A DNA stretch of 64,000 nt from Obrimoposthia wandeli (lineage: Eukaryota): the NCBI GenBank assembly GCA_977020255.1, contig CDROCS010002858.1:1-64000 (forward strand), in the 5' to 3' direction. A program made the translations under genes and the position numbers. The notes under the pieces were generated by a model. That model saw nothing but the letters and a program-made list of their open reading frames with translations, made no database searches and was not told where the DNA came from. Shown in pieces: positions 1 through 10,168 of this stretch (position 1 is the stretch's first letter; each line of letters begins with the position of its first letter).

Positions 1-1319
1 TGAAAGGCGTTTGAATAAGGCCCCCAATTTTCGGCGTTCGAGTCGTTAACGTAACGAGTATAGTGCAGCCCAAATTTCGCCTCTTTAAAAGGCCCTTGCT
101 CACGCTTATAATTCATAAATAAGCTGCCAGCATATTCTACAAGCTCTTTAACGCCGGGCTTATCTGATTTAGCACCGCGAGAATACGCTGCACTCGCACC
201 AGCACTAAACCCAGCTGCGCCCATATCAGTAAAGTCGCGAGCAAGTGAGCCAAATATGGCAGTTTGTCCATCGTGATTAAAATCAGAACGATTATTCCAC
301 CAAATATCATAAGCGCCACTAGAGGCCCCAAACTGCTCAGTCAACCGATATGAGAAGTTGCCGACATTATTGCGGGTTTTGCTTGAATCAGCAGATGTAT
401 AAGTCGCTTCTGCCTTAATCGTATATGGCCCTAGCGTGCTTGAAGTCAGTAGTGCGAGCTGAAATGCTGTTTTATCAAACTGAAGATCATCTTTAACTAC
501 ATACAATTGTGGAGAAACGAGCCAGCCATTATCAGCATTGTATTTAACCTTTATATGGCCATTAGAGCGATCACCACGTGTTAACTTACCGATAGCTACA
601 TCTAGCTTTAACTTTTTTGATGCCTGATATTGAGCACCCAGAGAATACGCCAAGCCCCCATCTTTACCCTCGCCGGTGCGAAAACCGTAATTATTTTTAA
701 ACCACGGAGCGCGATAATGATCTGCAACGACTAAACCTAAAGACACATCACCAAAATTAGCCCCCACCTCTCCTCCAGTATAAGTGCCTGCAGCGAAAGA
801 CCAGTTCACACCCAATGCACTAGGTACACTGGGCTGAAAATAACCGAGCTTTGCATTAAAGTTGTCAGACAATTTAAACTTTAGCGCCGCTGTTTGGATG
901 TTAACTCCATTGCTGTTGCAGTCTTTTACCCAAGTCCCTGAGCAACCACTCTTGCTAGTTGGTGATTTATCATATGGATTATTAACACCCCAAAAGTTGA
1001 ATTCATGATCAGGAGAAGCGTTTTGCCACATGTCTGCGGTGGCATATACACTAAAATCAAAACCAATAACCTTTGCATAGTAACCTGAGTTAAAATTGAT
1101 CCCTAAGTAGGCAGATCCATGATCTAAATTAGGCTTTTTGGCCGTATCTTTACCGTTAACATCAACGCTTGCACGTCTACGATCTCGCATAAAAGTTCCG
1201 ACAGAGCCTTTAATGGAGGCATCAGCAAAAAATTCATTCGTTTGCTGTGCATTTATGTTTAATGAAGTTCCTGTCACAGCAAGTGCTAGCAATAAAGTAA
1301 GAGAGCTTTTTTTAATCAT
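1..1319 (-). CDS. chiP: OprD-family outer membrane porin, chitoporin (ChiP/YbfM)-like; 3' end runs off the window
   Basis: Absent from the ORF track. Manual translation from ATG at 1319 (AAGGA RBS upstream) is open to the window edge: signal peptide MIKKSSLTLLLALAVTG..., then motifs WSFAAGTYTGGEVG, YRAPW, YDIWWNNRSDFNHDG and NAFQ, which parallel E. coli ChiP (WSFMPGTYQGAEAG, YKAPW, LDIWWDNRSDFNANG, NIFQ). Confidence 0.8.
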   Translation of the reverse strand, partial: MIKKSSLTLLLALAVTGTSLNINAQQTNEFFADASIKGSVGTFMRDRRRASVDVNGKDTAKKPNLDHGSAYLGINFNSGYYAKVIGFDFSVYATADMWQNASPDHEFNFWGVNNPYDKSPTSKSGCSGTWVKDCNSNGVNIQTAALKFKLSDNFNAKLGYFQPSVPSALGVNWSFAAGTYTGGEVGANFGDVSLGLVVADHYRAPWFKNNYGFRTGEGKDGGLAYSLGAQYQASKKLKLDVAIGKLTRGDRSNGHIKVKYNADNGWLVSPQLYVVKDDLQFDKTAFQLALLTSSTLGPYTIKAEATYTSADSSKTRNNVGNFSYRLTEQFGASSGAYDIWWNNRSDFNHDGQTAIFGSLARDFTDMGAAGFSAGASAAYSRGAKSDKPGVKELVEYAGSLFMNYKREQGPFKEAKFGLHYTRYVNDSNAENWGPYSNAF

Positions 1320-2304
1320 AGTTAATCCTTTGACTATGTTTTGGATGCTTAAAAACCCGATATTAATCATAGATTAAGGACTTTTAATTTATGTCTGTCC
1401 AATTTTTATTCAAAATGTGCTGCTTTATGATGCCCCTATCTCTTTGCCTCTTCTTTAGTCAGCCCAATTATTGGTTCAAACTGATGAGAGTTATACCAAT
1501 GTAAATCAGTTTTTAGCACCCTGAGTTCGAGCTCTTGTTGGAAGGTCACTCGGCTGCGCTACTTCGAGCACACCTTACTTTTTATTTATTTCGATATTAT
1601 TTTAGAGTAATCGTTGTCTATTAAAGATATTAATAGTGAAGTACTTAAACGTACTTAGCGTGTTACTGTATTTAATATCTTGTAGCGAGCTTTCGCACAA
1701 ACGCTGATTCCAGTTCAGTGCAGCGAGGACCTATATCTACCGAACAAAGGGATGGGTCAACAAATATCATCGCGACGATGGCTTTTAAAAAAAATAGGAA
1801 TAGAACTGGTCATTCGAAACATCTCAGCAAAGAGAGCGTTAGTTAATGCTAATAGCGGTGGACACGATGCTGACTTGGAAGGAGTTAAAGAATTCTACCT
1901 CAAATTAGTACGCGTTCCAGAGCTGATAACACTCATTCACATCTAATTACATAAAAATAACTAAAGCTATTTCCTTATTCTTACCTTTTGGCAGCCGCTA
2001 GCTTTGCAAAAACTTTATATCCGAATAAATACAATACAATAGAGTTAATCAGCATCTAAATTTTAGATATGACTAGAGCAGCAAGCGCCTTGTAACTCTA
2101 CTTCTAATTTTTAAACCCGATAGCGATGATATGTACTATAGTTAATAAACTTCAACGACCTCAAATTGAGTTCAAATGGAGATAACGTAAAACTGAGTCA
2201 TCAAAGCCCTACAAACACTACAGCAAAATATTAGTTGGAAACTTAGTAATTCCCCCTCAGCTTTTGCCTTTAAAAATATAAAAAAACAATAGCAGCGAGT
2301 CTAC

Positions 2305-4557
2305 ATGGAACTAAATATGACACTTACCGGTCGTGAAGTATTACTAACTAGTGAGCAAGAGCTTGTTACCAAAACAGACTTAGAGGGGAATATCATTTAC
2401 GCCAACCCTGCTTTCATAGAAGTTAGCGGCTATTCACTTGGTGAGCTTGTCGGCCATAACCTTAGTATTGTACGTCATCCTGATGAACCTGTTGAAGCTT
2501 TTGACCATGTTGGCGACACCTTAGATTTAGGTCGCCCCTGGGCTAATTGCTTGATGAATCGGTGCAAAAATGGTGATCATTATTGGGTAAAAGCAAACAT
2601 AACGCCGGTATTTAAAAACGATCAAATTGATGGTTTCATGTCGGTACGTACAATAGCCAGCCGTGAAGAAATCGAAGCGACCGAACAGCTCTATCAAGAA
2701 TTAACTGATAACAAACGCCAACTAGTCCACCCAAAGTCGATTAAAACTGCCAACTTATCTGAGAAACTCCACTACAGCGCCTACCAATCCATAGGTATTA
2801 TGTTAGTGCTCAGCTCCTTGCTTACGATGACTAATTTGCCTGCACAAGTAATAGTTTTAGGCCCTATTGTAGCTTTTGGCTTTTTCTTTTATAGCGCTAT
2901 ATCCTTAGTAAAAACACAAATCATAAGCCCTATTGATGCAATAAAGAAAGCCATGATGAGGATTTCTGAAGGAGAATATTTAACTGACTTTGCGCTCAAT
3001 GAGCCCGGTGAAATTGGTGAGCTAAAACGTGCTTTAAATATGCTCGGCGTAAAATTGGGCTTTGATGTCAATAACGCACAAGAACAATCAAACATCAATT
3101 TACGCATTAAAGTTGCTTTAGATAACGTCACCTCAAATGTCATGCTAGCAGACAATAATGGGCAAATCATTTACGCCAACAGTGCTGTTATAAAAATGAT
3201 GAGTAATGCTCAAAGTGAAATTGTAAAACAAATCCCTAGCTTTGATACTCAAAAACTAATCGGTTCTAATTTTGATGATTTTGGGCAGCATCAACAAGGA
3301 TTTCTTCAAAAAGGACTACTGCAAAAACTAACTAAATCTTACAACGCTAAAATCACGCTAGGCAATAAAACCATGGAGCTGATTGCCAATCCCGTCGTCG
3401 ATGATAATGCACACCGATTAGGCACGGTAATTGAGTGGAAAGATATTACTCAGCAATTAAACGCTGAAAACGAAGTGCAAGAACTCATTGTGAATGCCGC
3501 TAACGGGAGATTTAATCAACGCTTAGAAACAAGAGAATATTCAGGCTTTATGCACAGCATTGCCAGCGGTATTAATTCTATGATGGATTCTATTACCTTG
3601 CCGATCAAAGAAGCTAAACGCGTGCTAGAAAGCGTCGCGCAAGGCGATTTAACACATAGAATGAATGGTAACTTTAAAGGTGAATTTGAACAGCTCAATA
3701 TTGCTTTGAATACATCGATTGCAAACTTATCAAATATGGTCGGCGAAATTCGTAACGCCTCAGATAGTATAAAAAGTGGCGCCTCTGAAATCGCTGAAGG
3801 TAACTCAACTCTGAGCTCAAAAACAAAAGCTCAAGCCATTCGGTTAATTGAAACAGCAGCCTCCATGGAGCAAATGACAGGCTCAGTAAAGCGCAATGCC
3901 GACAATGCACAAGAAGCACAGCAACTTTCTGAGAAATCGCAGCTTTTAGCAGTAAAGGGTGGCGAAATATCCGGTAAAGTTACCTCTTCAATGTCAGATA
4001 TTAGTGCCAGCTCATCCAAAATAAGCGAGATAGTTACGGTGATTGACGAAATCGCTTTTCAAACAAATTTACTCGCGTTAAATGCAGCAGTTGAAGCAGC
4101 AAGAGCCGGCGAACAGGGTCGTGGATTTGCAGTAGTCGCTTCTGAAGTTAGAATTTTAGCCCAGCGCAGTGCTAAGGCTGCCAAAGAAATTAAAATCTTA
4201 ATTAGCGAAAGTTCGCGAAAAGTAGCTGAAGGTAATGCATTTGTTCTTGAATCAGACAAAGCCTTAACCGATATAATTGAATCTGTTACAAATGTAACGG
4301 AGCTTGCAGCCCAAATAGCATCATCTAGCAGAGAGCAAGCAGTGGGGATAGAGCAAGTGAATGGGGCCATTAGCCTGATGGGTAATGCTGTTCACCAAAG
4401 CTCGTCTTTAGTACACAATTTGTCACAAGTGTCTATTGCAGTTGATGATGAGGCCGTTCAATTGAAAATATTAGTCAGTGAATTTACGGTCACTGATGTA
4501 GCCTCTGGTAATGCCAACACTGCACCGATGATGGAGCGCATGACTGAAATCAGTTGA
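2305..4557 (+). CDS. Methyl-accepting chemotaxis protein: Aer-type PAS - TM hairpin - HAMP - Aer2-type PAS - HAMP - signalling domain
   Basis: N-terminal RHPD...[11 protein letters not shown] (Aer PAS); [17 protein letters not shown]...RLGTVIEW (Aer2-like PAS); [34 protein letters not shown] hairpin tip. Confidence 0.9.
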   Translation: MELNMTLTGREVLLTSEQELVTKTDLEGNIIYANPAFIEVSGYSLGELVGHNLSIVRHPDEPVEAFDHVGDTLDLGRPWANCLMNRCKNGDHYWVKANITPVFKNDQIDGFMSVRTIASREEIEATEQLYQELTDNKRQLVHPKSIKTANLSEKLHYSAYQSIGIMLVLSSLLTMTNLPAQVIVLGPIVAFGFFFYSAISLVKTQIISPIDAIKKAMMRISEGEYLTDFALNEPGEIGELKRALNMLGVKLGFDVNNAQEQSNINLRIKVALDNVTSNVMLADNNGQIIYANSAVIKMMSNAQSEIVKQIPSFDTQKLIGSNFDDFGQHQQGFLQKGLLQKLTKSYNAKITLGNKTMELIANPVVDDNAHRLGTVIEWKDITQQLNAENEVQELIVNAANGRFNQRLETREYSGFMHSIASGINSMMDSITLPIKEAKRVLESVAQGDLTHRMNGNFKGEFEQLNIALNTSIANLSNMVGEIRNASDSIKSGASEIAEGNSTLSSKTKAQAIRLIETAASMEQMTGSVKRNADNAQEAQQLSEKSQLLAVKGGEISGKVTSSMSDISASSSKISEIVTVIDEIAFQTNLLALNAAVEAARAGEQGRGFAVVASEVRILAQRSAKAAKEIKILISESSRKVAEGNAFVLESDKALTDIIESVTNVTELAAQIASSSREQAVGIEQVNGAISLMGNAVHQSSSLVHNLSQVSIAVDDEAVQLKILVSEFTVTDVASGNANTAPMMERMTEIS

Positions 4558-4857
4558 ACTAGCGTAAAGCGTAACTTAATAAGAAAGAAAGCTGACGCTA
4601 GCGTATTGGAAATTAAATTATGCGAGCTGCAAAACACTACGCTAGCCGGCCCGTCTTCGCTAAATATCACTATCAATTCACATCTTGTAACTGCCTATCG
4701 TGCCCAGTATTCTTTTCAATGCAGGTAAACCAGTTAATATGATTTCTCACGAGCTGACTAAGTAAAGCTTGAGAAAAAGGATGGAGCATTTTAAAGTGAT
4801 TAGCTCTGCTTAAACTATCACTGAGCAAGCGCACTTCTCATAAAGGAAAAATAACTT

Positions 4858-5241
4858 ATGCGTTATATACCTAGTAAGAATCAACCCACTTTTTATGAAC
4901 AGGTATGGCGTCAAGCTCGCCAAATCCCACAGGGAAAAGTAGCCACTTACGGCCAAATTGCACAAATGCTTCCTCTACCTGAAGGCATTGATGCTACACA
5001 ATATAAAGAATTTAGTGCCCGCTGGGCTGGTGATGCTATGGCCGCCTGCCCTACTGATGTACCTTGGCAGCGTGTTATTAACGCGCAAGGCAAAGTAAGC
5101 AAAAGAGTTGAAGCCCAAAGACAACGAGTGCTGTTAGAAGAAGAAGGCTTAGTTTTTATAGAAGATAAGCTTGATTTAAGGTCGTGCCAATGGAGCGGCT
5201 GCGCCGAAGAAGATACTCCTAATCAAGCGTCTCTATTTTAA
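4858..5241 (+). CDS. atl: Alkyltransferase-like protein (Atl/YbaZ, MGMT family)
   Basis: IPQGKVATYGQIA helix-turn-helix and PWQRVIN in place of catalytic PCHRV; strong AAGGA RBS. Confidence 0.85.
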   Translation: MRYIPSKNQPTFYEQVWRQARQIPQGKVATYGQIAQMLPLPEGIDATQYKEFSARWAGDAMAACPTDVPWQRVINAQGKVSKRVEAQRQRVLLEEEGLVFIEDKLDLRSCQWSGCAEEDTPNQASLF

Positions 5242-5264
5242 CGAGTATCTGTTTTAAGAGCTTT

Positions 5265-5300
5265 GTAAAAGGATCGCAACCCTGCACTTGCATCCTTTAC
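5265..5300. terminator. Probable bidirectional terminator between convergent atl and yrdA
   Basis: Imperfect hairpin GTAAAAGGATCGCAA-N8-TTGCATCCTTTAC followed by TTT. Confidence 0.45.
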
Positions 5301-5318
5301 TTTATCATTGGATTAGGC

Positions 5319-5861
5319 TTATTTTGCCCAGTCTTCTTGCATGTGCTCGTTTTTCCAATTCACGTAGTTATTTGCTGTATAGCTAAAAAAATCGAGCTCT
5401 TTTTGGCTCAGTTTACGTATTTGCTTAGCAGGTCGACCCACATATAAGTAGCCACTTGCAAGTATTTTACCCGGAGGCACTAAACTGCCAGCACCTAATA
5501 CAACCTGCGATTCGACAACAGCACCGTCCATCACCATAGAACCCATGCCAATTAGTACTTGGTCACCTACGGTACAGCCATGCAACATCGCTAAATGACC
5601 TATCGTCACCTCTTTACCTATTTCTAATGCTAGGCCATCAGGATTACCAGCACCAGCATGAGTTACGTGTAAAATAGCGCCGTCTTGCACACTGGTTCTC
5701 TCACCTATGTTAATACTTTGCACGTCGCCACGTATAACTGCTGTTGGCCAAACTGACACATCATCAGCTAAAGTCACATCTCCAATCACCACAGCTGAGG
5801 GATCAATGAATACATTTTCTCCTAATGCAGGTACACACCCTTTATACGCTCTAATGTTCAT
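5319..5861 (-). CDS. yrdA: Gamma carbonic anhydrase family protein (YrdA-like)
   Basis: Hexapeptide repeats, IRGDV, TSVQDGAILHVTH, GHLAMLHGC. Start moved from the track's 5936 to the in-frame ATG at 5861 (MNIRAYKG), which fits the usual family N-terminus. Confidence 0.88.
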   Translation of the reverse strand: MNIRAYKGCVPALGENVFIDPSAVVIGDVTLADDVSVWPTAVIRGDVQSINIGERTSVQDGAILHVTHAGAGNPDGLALEIGKEVTIGHLAMLHGCTVGDQVLIGMGSMVMDGAVVESQVVLGAGSLVPPGKILASGYLYVGRPAKQIRKLSQKELDFFSYTANNYVNWKNEHMQEDWAK

Positions 5862-6171
5862 ATTATTTCCATTTATCGGCTTTAAAAAAAACAATTTAGC
5901 ACTGCGCGCTAGAAAACTATAGATGATTTTAAACAATCTTTATTTTTAGCCGCCAATTAGAGATTGAAAATATAATGTTTGGCCTTATTTATAGAGAACC
6001 TATATAAAAGAATTATCAAAACTAAAACAAGTAATGTGTATCATTTGCAGATCAATCATCAGTACTATTTTATTCTGCAGATGTGTTTGTCAGCGATCAC
6101 TCTCTTACCCTATATTTATTGAGTTGATTGTCTATAAAGCTTTTTAAGCTTACCTATATGGAGCGTTTTTA

Positions 6172-8190
6172 ATGTCCAATTCTATCGCCAATGCAGACCT
6201 ACCAAAATTCAGCCAATTTGATCCTGCTGTGATTAACGCACAGCTAGAAACAATACTGGCACAAAACTTACAAGAAATTGATGCATTGCTCGCAAAAAAC
6301 AGTGTCTATAGCTGGGACAATCTCATCGCTCCCCTTGAAGAGATGCATGATCATCTTGAGAAGTTTTGGTCACCTGTTTCTCATTTAAACGCCGTTTGTA
6401 ATACAGATGAGCTGCGCGTAGCTTATAGCGAAGCACAACCTAAACTATCGGCGTATTACACTCAAGTGGGTCAGAATCAGCCGCTTTTTGAAGCGTATCA
6501 ACAGTTAGAGGCACAAGCGCTTAACAAACAACAAAAGAAGGTTATTGCTAATGCTCTGCGAGATTTTAAGCTTTCAGGCATCGCGTTAGAGAGTGACAAG
6601 CAGCAGCGTTTCGCACAAATAAAACAGCAAACGTCAAAATTGAGCACGCAGTTTTCTGAGAACATTTTAGATGCCACACAAGCTTGGCAAAAAAACATCA
6701 CTGACGTTGAACTGCTATCAGGTATGCCGGATCTCGCACTAGCAGCCGCTAAACAAGCCGCTCAAGAAAAAGATTTATCTGGCTATCTACTGACATTAGA
6801 GTTTCCTTCTTACCTACCTGTTATGACCTATTGCGATAACTCAGAGCTGCGCGAAGAAGTGTATACCGCCTTTGCTACGAGAGCATCAAGTACCTCTGAT
6901 AATGCAAAATGGGATAACACAGCCATTATTGAGCAGTTGCTGTCTCTTCGCAAAGAGCAGGCAGAAATATTAGGTTTTGAGAGCTATGCACACTTGTCAT
7001 TGGCTACAAAAATGGCAAATACACCAGATGATGTACTTGGCTTTCTAAATGATTTAGCAGTACACAGCGTTGATATCTCTCGTAAAGAGTTTGCTGAGCT
7101 CCGCCAGTTTGCGTTATCTCACTCAAATGTAAACGATATTCAAGCTTGGGATGTCGGCTATTACAGCGAAAAGCTGAAACAGCAGAAGTTCTCTATTTCC
7201 CAAAACCAGTTACGCCCTTATTTTCCACTTGAAAAAGTATTAGAAGGTTTGTTTACCATCAGCTCACGGTTGTTCAATTTTACAATCCAGGAGATCACTG
7301 AATTTGACACTTGGCACGCCGACGTTAAATTATTCCAAGTTAGTCGTGATGAGCAAGTTATTGCGCGCTTTTATTTAGACCCTTTTGCACGCGCTAATAA
7401 GCGTGGTGGAGCTTGGATGGATGGCTGCAGAACAAGACGTATCAATGCACAAGGTGAATTACAGCTCCCTACTGCGTATTTGGTTTGCAACTTCAACGCC
7501 CCTGTCGGCCATGACCCTGCATTGCTAACTCATGATGAAGTTACCACTTTATTTCATGAATTTGGCCACGGCTTACACCATATGCTAACCGAGATTGAAT
7601 ATGCTGATATCAGTGGTATTTGCGGTGTGCCTTGGGATGCTGTTGAACTACCAAGTCAATTTATGGAAAACTGGTGCTGGCAGCCGCAAGCTCTCGCTAT
7701 CATTTCTGGCCATTTCAGCACAGGCGAGCCTTTGCCCGCTGATATGCTAAAGAAATTGATTGAAGCACGTAATTTTCAATCAGCAATGACAATGGTAAGG
7801 CAGTTAGAGTTTTCTATCTTTGATTTCAGATTACATTTGGAATATCAAAATCAAGAGAATTTTGTACAGCCTTTACTTGATAGTATTCGCCAGCAAGTCG
7901 CTGCGATTACTCCACCGGCATTTAATAAATTCCAAAATGGCTTTAGTCATATTTTTGCAGGCGGCTATTCTGCTGGCTACTACAGCTACAAGTGGGCCGA
8001 AGTGCTTTCTGCTGATGCTTTTTCACTCTTTGAAAAAAAGGGTATTTTCCACAAAGAAACTGGCCAGCTGTTCTTAAAGAGCATTTTACAAAAAGGTGGC
8101 AGTGAAGAGCCTTTACAACTCTTTATTGATTTCAGAGGTAGAGAGCCTGAAACAGCCGCGTTGTTGCGTCATAGTGGCATCAAAGTATGA
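6172..8190 (+). CDS. prlC: Oligopeptidase A (M3 metallopeptidase)
   Basis: LFHEFGHGLHH zinc motif, DAVELPSQFMEN, HIFAGGYSAGYYSYKWAEVL. Confidence 0.97.
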   Translation: MSNSIANADLPKFSQFDPAVINAQLETILAQNLQEIDALLAKNSVYSWDNLIAPLEEMHDHLEKFWSPVSHLNAVCNTDELRVAYSEAQPKLSAYYTQVGQNQPLFEAYQQLEAQALNKQQKKVIANALRDFKLSGIALESDKQQRFAQIKQQTSKLSTQFSENILDATQAWQKNITDVELLSGMPDLALAAAKQAAQEKDLSGYLLTLEFPSYLPVMTYCDNSELREEVYTAFATRASSTSDNAKWDNTAIIEQLLSLRKEQAEILGFESYAHLSLATKMANTPDDVLGFLNDLAVHSVDISRKEFAELRQFALSHSNVNDIQAWDVGYYSEKLKQQKFSISQNQLRPYFPLEKVLEGLFTISSRLFNFTIQEITEFDTWHADVKLFQVSRDEQVIARFYLDPFARANKRGGAWMDGCRTRRINAQGELQLPTAYLVCNFNAPVGHDPALLTHDEVTTLFHEFGHGLHHMLTEIEYADISGICGVPWDAVELPSQFMENWCWQPQALAIISGHFSTGEPLPADMLKKLIEARNFQSAMTMVRQLEFSIFDFRLHLEYQNQENFVQPLLDSIRQQVAAITPPAFNKFQNGFSHIFAGGYSAGYYSYKWAEVLSADAFSLFEKKGIFHKETGQLFLKSILQKGGSEEPLQLFIDFRGREPETAALLRHSGIKV

Positions 8191-8465
8191 GCGTCACAAA
8201 ACGCTTTGTAGCGGGGGCTGTATGCCCACGCTGCGCTAAGATGGATACTATTCGCGTTTTTCGTAATGAGATTCGTGAGTACCGTGAATGTGTAAAATGC
8301 GATTATAAAGATGGCCAGAACCTTGATGGCAGCCCTGAGGCTGTGAGCGAGCTCACGACCCGCGTTAATCAAGAAACAGCTTCCACATCAGATGCGCCTA
8401 AAGTGGCCCCTGTTACTGCACAGCCGATCAAGTTTGACCCTTTTCCTAATCGAGATAAAACATGA
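8187..8465 (+). CDS. yheV: YheV-family putative zinc-ribbon protein
   Basis: KRFVAGAVCPRC...RECVKCDY; overlaps the prlC stop (ATGA). Confidence 0.85.
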   Translation: MSVTKRFVAGAVCPRCAKMDTIRVFRNEIREYRECVKCDYKDGQNLDGSPEAVSELTTRVNQETASTSDAPKVAPVTAQPIKFDPFPNRDKT

Positions 8466-9052
8466 GCGAACATCGATGTACATGGGCCACAGCAACACCT
8501 TTAGAGGCAATCTATCACGATGAAGAATGGGGTATGCCATCCACTGACGATAAAACACTCTTTGAGTTTCTTATTTTAGAAGCTGCACAAGCAGGTTTAA
8601 GCTGGCGCACGGTATTAGAAAAGCGTGAGGGCTATCGGCATTATTATTACAACTTTGATGTCATAAAAGTGGCTAATTTCACGCAAACTCATATTGACGA
8701 AATGCTCCAAGACCCAGCTATTGTTAGAAACAAACTGAAGGTTGCTTCTTCTGTCAAAAATGCGAAGGCGTTTATATTAATTCAGCAAGAATTTGGCTCG
8801 TTCGCCAAGTATTTATGGGCTTTTGTCGACAACAAACCAATACAAAGCCAGCTTGCCAGCTACAAAGAAGCACCGGTTGATAGCGATATATCAAAAGCAC
8901 TTTCTAAAGATTTAAAAAAGAGAGGCATGAGCTTTGTGGGGCCGACTATTATGTATGCTTACATGCAAGCAGTTGGCCTTGTGAACGATCACGAAGTTAA
9001 CTGCCATTGTTATGAAAAGAGCTGCAAAGCAGGTGATGATTTCACCTTATAA
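8462..9052 (+). CDS. tag: DNA-3-methyladenine glycosylase I
   Basis: RCTWA, YHDEEWG, LEAAQAGLSW, FVGPTIMYAYMQAVGLVNDH motifs. Confidence 0.95.
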   Translation: MSEHRCTWATATPLEAIYHDEEWGMPSTDDKTLFEFLILEAAQAGLSWRTVLEKREGYRHYYYNFDVIKVANFTQTHIDEMLQDPAIVRNKLKVASSVKNAKAFILIQQEFGSFAKYLWAFVDNKPIQSQLASYKEAPVDSDISKALSKDLKKRGMSFVGPTIMYAYMQAVGLVNDHEVNCHCYEKSCKAGDDFTL

Positions 9053-9094
9053 TCAGGAACATGTCAGCGCTAGGCGCTATTAGTAAATGAAAAA

Positions 9095-10138
9095 TTATTG
9101 ATTACCAAACTGCTTTGCTGCTTTTATACGTTCTTGTGTATCAGGGTGCGTTGATAAATAACGTAGCAAGCTAGTGCTCTTTTTTTCTGTGCCACTATCT
9201 GAGATGTCAGTCTCTTTCTCTGTTAACAGAAGAAAGCTTTGCATTGCTTTAGCAAAAGATTCAGGCGATTTATTTAATTCAACCAGCTTTTGCAATGCAA
9301 AATTATCAGCTTCTCTTTCCATGTCACGTGAAAAAGAATTTTCAAGTAACGTTACCCCGGTTCCTAGCATAATTTCACCCACACCATCCAAGTCACCAAA
9401 AACAACAGATAACACGATGGTATTCATCACTGATCGGGCCGCTAGTTTTAAACTATGCTGATGCTCTACATGACCAATCTCATGTAATAATACCGCTTCA
9501 ATAACATTTACATCTTTATTGAGTAGTTTCACCAAATCATCTGTAATAACAACAATACCGTTTGGCAAAGCAAATGCATTGGGCCCGAAATACTCGCTGT
9601 TAAAAAAATGTAGCTGGTATTTCTTTGTCGACAAACCTAATGCTAAAACAGTTTTCTGCCAAGCAGTATTGATATCAGTTTGGGTTTCTTCGCTAAGTTC
9701 TGAGGGTGTTAGGAACGCAGTTTTTAAAATTGAAAATGTTTGCTCTCCCATTTGCTGAGAAACACTTTCAGGTAAATATTTAACAACACTATGAGCTACA
9801 GCAGGCATTAATACTGCAATGAAAAACCAGCTAAATAAAGGAACTAGTACTATTGATGCAAGTACTAGTGCTTTATTTTTTTCTAGCTTTTCAACGTATG
9901 TGCTGCCGATCTTTAATCGATCGCCAGCATTAGCAGCAACGAATAACCCGCCATCACTAAACTTAACTTCTAGCTTCACACCAGGGATAGCACTTGCTAT
10001 CGATACAAGTGAGTGATCAGTAGTGAAGATAGTTTTAGAATCTCCACTTATTGTGATCAAATCGCCTCTCGCCACCAAGCTAGCGTTAATTGATTGGCTA
10101 GTTGCAGGATAATAATAAACCCCTTCAATTTGATTCAT
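9095..10138 (-). CDS. M48-family zinc metalloprotease with N-terminal DUF7092-like region
   Basis: NAFALPNG, LHEIGHVEH (HExxH), FSRDMEREAD, YLSTHP. Confidence 0.88.
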   Translation of the reverse strand: MNQIEGVYYYPATSQSINASLVARGDLITISGDSKTIFTTDHSLVSIASAIPGVKLEVKFSDGGLFVAANAGDRLKIGSTYVEKLEKNKALVLASIVLVPLFSWFFIAVLMPAVAHSVVKYLPESVSQQMGEQTFSILKTAFLTPSELSEETQTDINTAWQKTVLALGLSTKKYQLHFFNSEYFGPNAFALPNGIVVITDDLVKLLNKDVNVIEAVLLHEIGHVEHQHSLKLAARSVMNTIVLSVVFGDLDGVGEIMLGTGVTLLENSFSRDMEREADNFALQKLVELNKSPESFAKAMQSFLLLTEKETDISDSGTEKKSTSLLRYLSTHPDTQERIKAAKQFGNQ

Positions 10139-10168
10139 TATAAATCCTACAAATCGCCCGAAAGAACA

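Noticed and set aside
2097-2123. Possible sigma-28 promoter (TCTA-N15-CCCGATAG) for the hybrid MCP
   Set aside because: Both elements are mismatched; plausible for a chemoreceptor but not supportable without TSS data.
5964-5990. Possible sigma-32 promoter for prlC (TTGAAA-N13-CCTTATTT)
   Set aside because: The -10 element deviates from CCCCATNT, and the site is about 180 nt upstream in AT-rich DNA.
9319-9334. parS-like CATGTCACGTGAAAAA (also half-sites near 35770, 36873 and 56945)
   Set aside because: Four mismatches or only half-sites, all within coding sequence.
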